Of a DNA stretch of 64,000 nt, positions 57,893-64,000 are shown one piece after another (the first letter of the stretch is position 1; each line of letters begins with the position of its first letter). Below the pieces are notes generated by a model, which worked only from the letters and a program-made list of their open reading frames with translations, was not told where the DNA came from and made no database searches. The position numbers were made by a program, and so were the translations under genes. The stretch is from contig JBGASG010000004.1 in NCBI GenBank assembly GCA_044229845.1, positions 32,001-96,000 of the forward strand, written 5' to 3'. The DNA is from Candidatus Obscuribacteraceae bacterium. Lineage in GTDB: Bacteria > Cyanobacteriota > Vampirovibrionia > Obscuribacterales > Obscuribacteraceae.

Positions 57893-58125
57893 AAAGGATT
57901 CAGGGGCAACGCGTTGCGCATTGCCCCTGAGTAATTCTTTCAGTGCCCGCGCGTGCTACAGATGGCGATTATTATTCTGTTGATTGGCGCGCATGGCGAA
58001 TGCCTTTTGAGGGGAGAACGATTTCAGCTTAAGGGCGGGTGACCACATTGTCAATGCGCGGTAAACACAATTTATTGCACCGGATACGGTGCGGGAATTA
58101 GAATGAGATCTGATATTATTAATGC

Positions 58126-58797
58126 ATGGCTAAAATACTGCTGGTGGAAGATGACAAAGATCTGTTGGGCATGGTGCGCACCATGCTGCAGGCTGAACAT
58201 CACACGGTAGAAGCGCTCACCGACGGCAGTGACGCGGCCCAGCACCTGCGCATTTATCCCTACGACATCATCGTCCTTGACTGGGAGCTGCCCGGAGCCA
58301 GCGGCATCGAGATCCTCAGGCAATTCCGCTCCGGCGGCGGCAAGACGCCAATCATCATGCTCACCGGCAGAGACAAGATCGACGATAAAGAGCTGGGGTT
58401 GGAAATCGGTGCCGACGACTATCTGACCAAACCCTTTGCCATGCGCGAACTGTCGGCCCGCATCAAAGCGCTGTTGCGGCGCAGTCCGCAGGTCAGCGAT
58501 AACATACTGGCGGCAGGCGATATCGAGCTCGACCCTTCAAAGTATCGGGTCACCAAAAACGGCAATCCCTTGCAGCTTCTGCCCAAAGAATTTGCCGTTC
58601 TGGAGTTTTTGCTGCGTCACCCAAATCAGGTTTTCACCGCCGATGCGCTGCTCGACCGCGTCTGGAAATCCGACAGTGAAGCGACTGCAGAAGCGCTGCG
58701 TACAACCATGAAACGGCTGCGCAAGAAGATCGAAAACGCTGACGGACCGCAGTTAATTCGCACCGTCCATGGTGTCGGTTACGTGCTCGACAAATAG
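58126..58797 (+). CDS. OmpR/PhoB-family response regulator
   Basis: ILLVEDD, LDWELP, GADDYLTKPF, KEFAVLEFL, TVHGVGY. Confidence 0.95.
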   Translation: MAKILLVEDDKDLLGMVRTMLQAEHHTVEALTDGSDAAQHLRIYPYDIIVLDWELPGASGIEILRQFRSGGGKTPIIMLTGRDKIDDKELGLEIGADDYLTKPFAMRELSARIKALLRRSPQVSDNILAAGDIELDPSKYRVTKNGNPLQLLPKEFAVLEFLLRHPNQVFTADALLDRVWKSDSEATAEALRTTMKRLRKKIENADGPQLIRTVHGVGYVLDK

Positions 58798-58813
58798 CTC
58801 GACAAACAACGCT

Positions 58814-60025
58814 CTAAAGGACTCGGCAGAAAAGCACTTTCAAGTAAAACGACTCCGGCGTGGCGACGTTCACCGGATGATCCAGGCTGTTGCGGAAAGT
58901 TTCAAGAATCTGTATCTGCCTTCCCTGATGAGCGGCGGCCTCCCGCAGACAGTCTTCGAATTCGGCGAGCGAGACCGCGCCGGTGCAAGAGCAAACAATC
59001 AACAATCCGCCGCTGCGAGTCAGCTTGATCCCGGACGCATCCATGCGCACGTACGCTTTCTGCGCGCGGCCTTTTTCCTTGTGTCCCTTGGCAAATGCAG
59101 GCGGGTCGAGAATGACCACGTCAAATTGCGTGCCGCCGCTTTCCTGCTCAGCGAGCCACTGGAAGGCGTCAGCTTCCACGAACTCATGAGACTCGGGAGC
59201 AATGCCATTCAACTGGTAGTTTCTCCGAGCCGCAGATAAAGCCCGTTCCGAACTGTCGATGTTGATGGTCTTGATTGCCGGATTGGCGAGCGCCGCATAG
59301 ACTCCGAAGGCCCCGGTATAACTGAAAACATTGGCGACTGTGGCTTTGTCAGGCAAGCTCCGGCAGTAGCCCGCCAGATTGGCCCGCTTTTCGCGTTGAT
59401 CCGTGAAGAATCCCGTCTTCTGCCCGCTCACTACGTCGACCACAAACTGCAGATTGTTTTCTTTGACGATGAGCTCCGTCGGTACTTCGCCGTGCACGAT
59501 GACCGGCTCACTGAGCGGCACCCCCTCGCGCACGCGCACGCCTGCATCATTGCGGAGCACCACCGCTCGTGGTGCCACCACCGATTTCAGCGCAGAGAGA
59601 AAGTCATCCATGAGCAAGTCGGCACCGGCTGTGTGACTCTGCACGACACAAACACCATCGTAGTAGTCGACAATAAAGCCAGGCAGAAAGTCGCCTTCGG
59701 CGTTCACCAGACGAAATGCGTTCGTCGCCTGCCAATCTAAAGCCGCCCGGCGCAGGGCGCAGGCGTCCGCCAGGCGTTTCTTCAAGAAGTCCTGATCGAC
59801 AGTTTCTTCCTTGTCTCTGGAGAGAATGCGCACAGCGATGTCACAGGTCGGGTTGTAATATCCGCGCGCCACGAAGCGTCCATCTACATCAATCAGGTCG
59901 ACCAGGGCACCGGGTGATATTTTGCCGGGAGCCTGCGAGATGGCGCCGGAAAACAGCCACGGATGTCCGCGACTGACCTGGTATTCTCGACCTTTGCGAA
60001 TCGAAAGCTTGGGAAGCGCTTGCAA
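58814..60025 (-). CDS. rlmI: RlmI-like class I SAM-dependent rRNA m5C methyltransferase (PUA + MTase)
   Basis: GHPWLF, RLVNAEGD, GQKTGFFTDQR, FSYTG, DPPAF, YLK. Confidence 0.88.
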   Translation of the reverse strand: MQALPKLSIRKGREYQVSRGHPWLFSGAISQAPGKISPGALVDLIDVDGRFVARGYYNPTCDIAVRILSRDKEETVDQDFLKKRLADACALRRAALDWQATNAFRLVNAEGDFLPGFIVDYYDGVCVVQSHTAGADLLMDDFLSALKSVVAPRAVVLRNDAGVRVREGVPLSEPVIVHGEVPTELIVKENNLQFVVDVVSGQKTGFFTDQREKRANLAGYCRSLPDKATVANVFSYTGAFGVYAALANPAIKTINIDSSERALSAARRNYQLNGIAPESHEFVEADAFQWLAEQESGGTQFDVVILDPPAFAKGHKEKGRAQKAYVRMDASGIKLTRSGGLLIVCSCTGAVSLAEFEDCLREAAAHQGRQIQILETFRNSLDHPVNVATPESFYLKVLFCRVL

Positions 60026-60026
60026 A

Positions 60027-61550
60027 CTAGCTGCTCAGATTTCCAGAAAGTGCGTCTTTGAGTATACCTTCAAAGTCGCCGCCCGAGTGCACGCGCCGCA
60101 CCACATCTGCGGCCTGCTGGTAGGTCAATTTGCCTTCCATAACCAGCGCCGCGCAGAGCACGGTAGCGTCCAGAACATCGAGAGTCAACACACCGGCATT
60201 GTGCAAGATGCTCAGCTCACGCGAGGTAGAGCGCGCATTGACGTCTTTGGCGCGTCTGATCGCTTCCTTGCCGCCACCCGCCGCCAAAGCCCAGAGATCT
60301 TCCGAGAGCTGTTCTACGGTTTCGTAGCGGTCTTCAGGACGTTTTTCCAGGCACTGGAAGATCACATCTTCCAATTGCTCAATCTCCATGCGCTCTGGGC
60401 GCACCGCCATTAGTGGCTGTGGACGTTCGTTGACCTGAGCGAGAATGGTGGCAAATGTGGTGGAGCGCACGAACGGGTGCAATCCCGTGATCGCCTCGTA
60501 CATGAGCGTGCCGATGGTGTAGATGTCGGAGCGTGGATCGAGCTCGGCGCCGCCGCATTGTTCGGGACTCATATAAGCCGGGCTGCCCAGTAGCTGTCCG
60601 GTGGTCGTCATACCGTCGCTCATGCTCGGATCGCGGAAAGTCTTCGCGATGCCGAAGTCGATGATCTTGACCAACAAATTGCCGTTCGGCTCGGTGACAA
60701 TAATCACGTTGCCCGGCTTGAGGTCACGGTGAATCAAGCCGTGTTCATGTGCGTAAGCCAACCCCGCGCAGATCTGCATGAATATATTGAGGAAAACGGG
60801 CAACTCCAGCCCACGCTCCTGCAATATATCCGCCATGCGCACGCCATCCAGGTACTCCATCACCAGGTAGGGCTGTCCGAATTGGGACACGCCGTACGAT
60901 TTCATGCCAACCAGGTTCGGATGATCGAAGTTTTTCGCTACTTCAGCTTCGTTCTTGAAACGCGCCACGTTAGCCGGGTCGAGCAACAGGTCGGCCCGCA
61001 ATACTTTCAACGCGACGTAGTCGTGCGACTGGCAATGCCGGGCTTTGTAGACCAAGCCCATGCCGCCTGAACCGATGACATCAAACAACTCGTATCCCTC
61101 GAAGAAGTTCGACTCATGAGCCGGGCGCTCCATGGTGATGGCTTCTTCTTCGTAGTCGGCAGATTCGGCGAGCAACTGCGGGCGCAGGCTTTCAGGTATA
61201 ACGGCGGGCTGTTGCTCTTTCTGCAGGTCTTCGTGGACCAGGCTGAATATTAATTCTGTGTCTGGAGTCGCATAGCTCCACAAGAGATGCAGGTCCGTTC
61301 CTTCCTCGAAATGGAGAAGCCAGTTCGGGATGGCATCCGGACCGTTGCAGGTGACGGTGAGCAAATAATTCTTGGGGGTTCCGGGCTTCTTCCAGGAAAG
61401 CGCCATCGGCGTGCGGGCGTTGGTCTGCGCCTGCAAAGCGCTGTGCAGCAGATCGTCTACAGTCGGGAGACCCGACAGGAACCGCGTTTTCGGAGTCGGA
61501 GGTGGCTCCGGGCGCTGCGGCTTCTTTCCAAATTTGTTCTGTAAAGCCAT
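60027..61550 (-). CDS. Cytoplasmic Ser/Thr protein kinase with unnamed N-terminal domain
   Basis: IGSGGMGLVYKA, VALK, HRDLKPGN, DFG, GSPAYMSPE. No TM segment. Confidence 0.93.
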   Translation of the reverse strand: MALQNKFGKKPQRPEPPPTPKTRFLSGLPTVDDLLHSALQAQTNARTPMALSWKKPGTPKNYLLTVTCNGPDAIPNWLLHFEEGTDLHLLWSYATPDTELIFSLVHEDLQKEQQPAVIPESLRPQLLAESADYEEEAITMERPAHESNFFEGYELFDVIGSGGMGLVYKARHCQSHDYVALKVLRADLLLDPANVARFKNEAEVAKNFDHPNLVGMKSYGVSQFGQPYLVMEYLDGVRMADILQERGLELPVFLNIFMQICAGLAYAHEHGLIHRDLKPGNVIIVTEPNGNLLVKIIDFGIAKTFRDPSMSDGMTTTGQLLGSPAYMSPEQCGGAELDPRSDIYTIGTLMYEAITGLHPFVRSTTFATILAQVNERPQPLMAVRPERMEIEQLEDVIFQCLEKRPEDRYETVEQLSEDLWALAAGGGKEAIRRAKDVNARSTSRELSILHNAGVLTLDVLDATVLCAALVMEGKLTYQQAADVVRRVHSGGDFEGILKDALSGNLSS

Positions 61551-61757
61551 GGTGGGGTCGCCGGTCTGTCCTTATCTGTTATCTGCCACGCCCGGCGGCC
61601 CCCTAAGCCTTAAATTCTCATCGCCTGAAAACGGCATTGATACTGCATTTGGTATCAATTGCAGTCAAGAGCTGCGTCCGGGGAAAAGGGTTCGGCTGGC
61701 ACTTGTGTCTTTCCGTCTACATGATATTCTCGGGATTAGGAATCCGTTGGAATCGCC

Positions 61758-62336
61758 ATGGCAACCAAAATTTTTCTCGTCGAAGACAGTGAAGTGACCC
61801 GCAGCGCGGTGCAGCACCTTCTCAAGCGCATCGACGGTATGGAAGTGGTGGGCACCGCCTCTGATGGTCAATCGGCGGTTGAGGCAGTGCTGGGCGCCGC
61901 TCCGGACGTGGTTTTAATGGACATCGGGCTGCCGGTGCTGGACGGCATCGAAGCCACCAAGCGAATCAGGTCGGGCAACCCCGACATCAAAGTCTTGATG
62001 GTGACAGCCAGCAAAACCGACCATGACACCTGCGCCGCATTCGCTGCCGGTGCCAATGGCTATATCGTCAAAGAAAGCATCAATCCTGAGCGGCTGGAAA
62101 CCGCCGTGCGCAGCGTCGCCAAAGGGGACGGCTGGCTGGATGCGCAAATCGCGCAATACGTCCTGGACGTAGCCGTTCAGGTCCACCAGTTCACCCACGA
62201 CCTGGAGCCCCTTTCCAATAGTGAGCGCGAAACCCTCGAACAGGTGGCTCACAACCCTGGCTGCACGGGCGATACGTGTTCAGTCGACCCGGATTTCTTC
62301 CGCCGGCTGCACCGATTTTCTAAGACACTCAAGTAA
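61758..62336 (+). CDS. NarL-type response regulator receiver with atypical C-terminus
   Basis: LVEDS, PDVVLMDIGLPVLDGIEA, GANGYIVK. The LuxR HTH starts (LSNSERETL) and then diverges. Confidence 0.88.
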   Translation: MATKIFLVEDSEVTRSAVQHLLKRIDGMEVVGTASDGQSAVEAVLGAAPDVVLMDIGLPVLDGIEATKRIRSGNPDIKVLMVTASKTDHDTCAAFAAGANGYIVKESINPERLETAVRSVAKGDGWLDAQIAQYVLDVAVQVHQFTHDLEPLSNSERETLEQVAHNPGCTGDTCSVDPDFFRRLHRFSKTLK

Positions 62337-62353
62337 ACCGGCACAAGCGGTCG

Positions 62354-63553
62354 CTATGCAGTAGCCGGATTGTCTTTGCCGGTTTGCTTGGCCCAACCGG
62401 AGACAAGTCCTTTAACGGTCGCCACATAGCCGCGCTCGTTGTTGTTGTCTGAGCCGGGTGCGTACTTGCTGATGATTTGCGAAAGCGTTTGCGCTCCAAA
62501 ACCGCCTTCATTGGGCGAGGCCAGGTATTTGTTGCGAATCAGGCGGAACCAATCTTCGGCGCCTTCCGTGAAGTTGTGGTAGGTACGGAACGTACCATCA
62601 CTGCCGGCGGGACCCGAGCCTTTGATGTTGCCCCAGCTGTTGTTGCGCACGGCGGCACCTTTAGTCCCGGCGCTTGATTCCTGGATGAAGAAAGCGAGAG
62701 CGACAGCGGCGTTGATGTTGTACTTCTCACCCATAGCGATCAAATCTTTGCCGATGCCCTGGGCTGGAGAGTGGAACTGAGCCAGAACCTCATCGATTTT
62801 TTCGGCAGTAATGGTGTTAGGACCATCTACCCGCAGGTCGCCCTGCAAGGGTGGCGGCAGATCGACGCGCTGACCGCGGTCGTTGGTGCCATAGTTTTCG
62901 CCACGATAGGTGCCGTGATTGGAAAAGCGTTCGGCGCCGCCACCAGGACTGCCGCCGCCCGGGCTGCCGCCCAGGTTGCTGGACAGGCCGCCCGGATTGA
63001 AGCGCTGCTGCGGAGCCGGTGCCTCGGACGGACCCGGTGTCGGAGCGGGCGTTTCGGCCGTGTTGCGCGGAATAGCGGTCGGTATATCCGGATCCTTGTT
63101 GAGCATCGCCAGCCAGTGCTGCGGAATTTCGGCTCCGGGATTGTTCTTCTGGAAGTATGAAATCATCTCTTGAGCAGCTTGCTTCTGGAGCTGGTTAGCA
63201 ACTTTCGCCGCTTCGATTTCGCTGGCGTTTGCCGGTCCTTCCATTTGTATGTTCAGCTTGCCATCGGCAGAAGGCGTCGTCTTGGCGGGGTTAGCGCGAA
63301 GCTGCCCGTCTTCGCCGAGGAAGAAATCCGGCTGGGCGCTGTTGGCGGCGTTCTCGGCCGCGGTCGTGAAATTGACACCTCTGGCGGAGTCGAGCGCCGG
63401 TTTGATGCTCTCCCAACCGACGGCGGCGAACGATGGGCGGTCTCCCGACGCATCGGATAGTTGCGGGTAGACCGACGAAAAATCGAGCCCGCTGATTTTG
63501 CTGGCGGCGATTTCAGAGCCACGCCAGCTACTTGCTTCCAGACCACCTGTCAT
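62354..63553 (-). CDS. Glucosaminidase (GH73-like peptidoglycan hydrolase) domain protein with long low-complexity N-terminus
   Basis: KYNINAAVALAFFIQESSAG...NNSWGNIK...FRTY.NF.EG..DWF.LI...IISKYAP..DNNN..Y. Confidence 0.8.
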   Translation of the reverse strand: MTGGLEASSWRGSEIAASKISGLDFSSVYPQLSDASGDRPSFAAVGWESIKPALDSARGVNFTTAAENAANSAQPDFFLGEDGQLRANPAKTTPSADGKLNIQMEGPANASEIEAAKVANQLQKQAAQEMISYFQKNNPGAEIPQHWLAMLNKDPDIPTAIPRNTAETPAPTPGPSEAPAPQQRFNPGGLSSNLGGSPGGGSPGGGAERFSNHGTYRGENYGTNDRGQRVDLPPPLQGDLRVDGPNTITAEKIDEVLAQFHSPAQGIGKDLIAMGEKYNINAAVALAFFIQESSAGTKGAAVRNNSWGNIKGSGPAGSDGTFRTYHNFTEGAEDWFRLIRNKYLASPNEGGFGAQTLSQIISKYAPGSDNNNERGYVATVKGLVSGWAKQTGKDNPATA

Positions 63554-63825
63554 GAGTCAAAGACCTCTGGGGGAACTTCGTGAATGGGCATAGCAAAGCC
63601 GCGGAAAAGCTTCCGGAGCGACGGCTGAACTACCCAAGGAACGGATTGATTAGAGAATATTCCTGAAGCCAAGGTGTGTCAACGGAAGTATGGGAGGATT
63701 CCCACGGTGAGCGGATTAGAACATTCTGCGCCCGCTTCCCCCAGAGGCACTTCAGTGTTTACCCTGCCGCGACACGACCCTGTTTCGTTCGATGATTAGA
63801 CTCAACTCCCATTGAGGAAACGGTC

Positions 63826-64000
63826 ATGCAAAGCAAACACCCGCGGGTGCTCGTGTCGCTCACGATCGCCCTGGCAGTTGGCAGCGGCGTATTTTTCCTG
63901 GCCAAGGCCAATAGCGAAAACGGCGTTAAAGTCGCAGAAAACAGCGGCATCCAGATCAAAACGGACTACAGTCATCCCAGCAAAGAAACAAGCAAAGCAC
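63826..64000 (+). CDS. Exported or membrane-anchored protein, 5' part; runs off the window edge
   Basis: GAGG RBS, ATG 63826: MQSKHPRVLVSLTIALAVGSGVFFLAKANSE..., open to the window end. Confidence 0.6.
   Translation, partial: MQSKHPRVLVSLTIALAVGSGVFFLAKANSENGVKVAENSGIQIKTDYSHPSKETSKA

Noticed and set aside
1..64000. Prophage, IS transposase, integron, rRNA or tRNA genes
   Set aside because: No integrase, transposase or phage structural motifs and no cloverleaf or rRNA signatures were recognised by eye.

Overview
GC-rich (by eye about 55-60%) bacterial chromosomal window. The gene repertoire suggests, by inference only, a non-photosynthetic cyanobacterial relative (Melainabacteria/Vampirovibrionia, Obscuribacterales-like): Ser/Thr kinases with CPxC..CPxD N-termini, paralogous OmpR regulators, a DUF4388 protein and many lineage-specific proteins. 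Housekeeping genes: sua5/tsaC (partial), a complete trp operon, gdhA, chaA, def, moeB, rlmI-like, patatin, EVE, a HoxN-like transporter, hicBA and two-component genes. No rRNA, tRNA, CRISPR array, transposase or integrase was recognised. Most notable observations: (1) an unannotated WWW trp leader peptide with no classical attenuator terminator; (2) an in-frame TrpB-TrpA fusion in beta-alpha order; (3) a Ser/Thr kinase-TM-thioredoxin(CCxNC)-NHL receptor; (4) two peptidase genes behind long multi-hairpin leaders, one of them also with a structured 3' end and extreme codon bias; (5) two hidden intergenic transcription units, a candidate ~190-nt sRNA and a sigmaE-type promoter + 28-aa ORF + terminator; (6) an unnamed ~77-aa N-terminal domain shared by a kinase and a DUF4388/degenerate-GGDEF protein; (7) three genes with apparent microhomology-bounded internal deletions; (8) a set of signal-peptide-less hydrolases with disordered N-termini that may be cargo of a non-Sec export route. 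All family calls come from motif recognition, not database searches.
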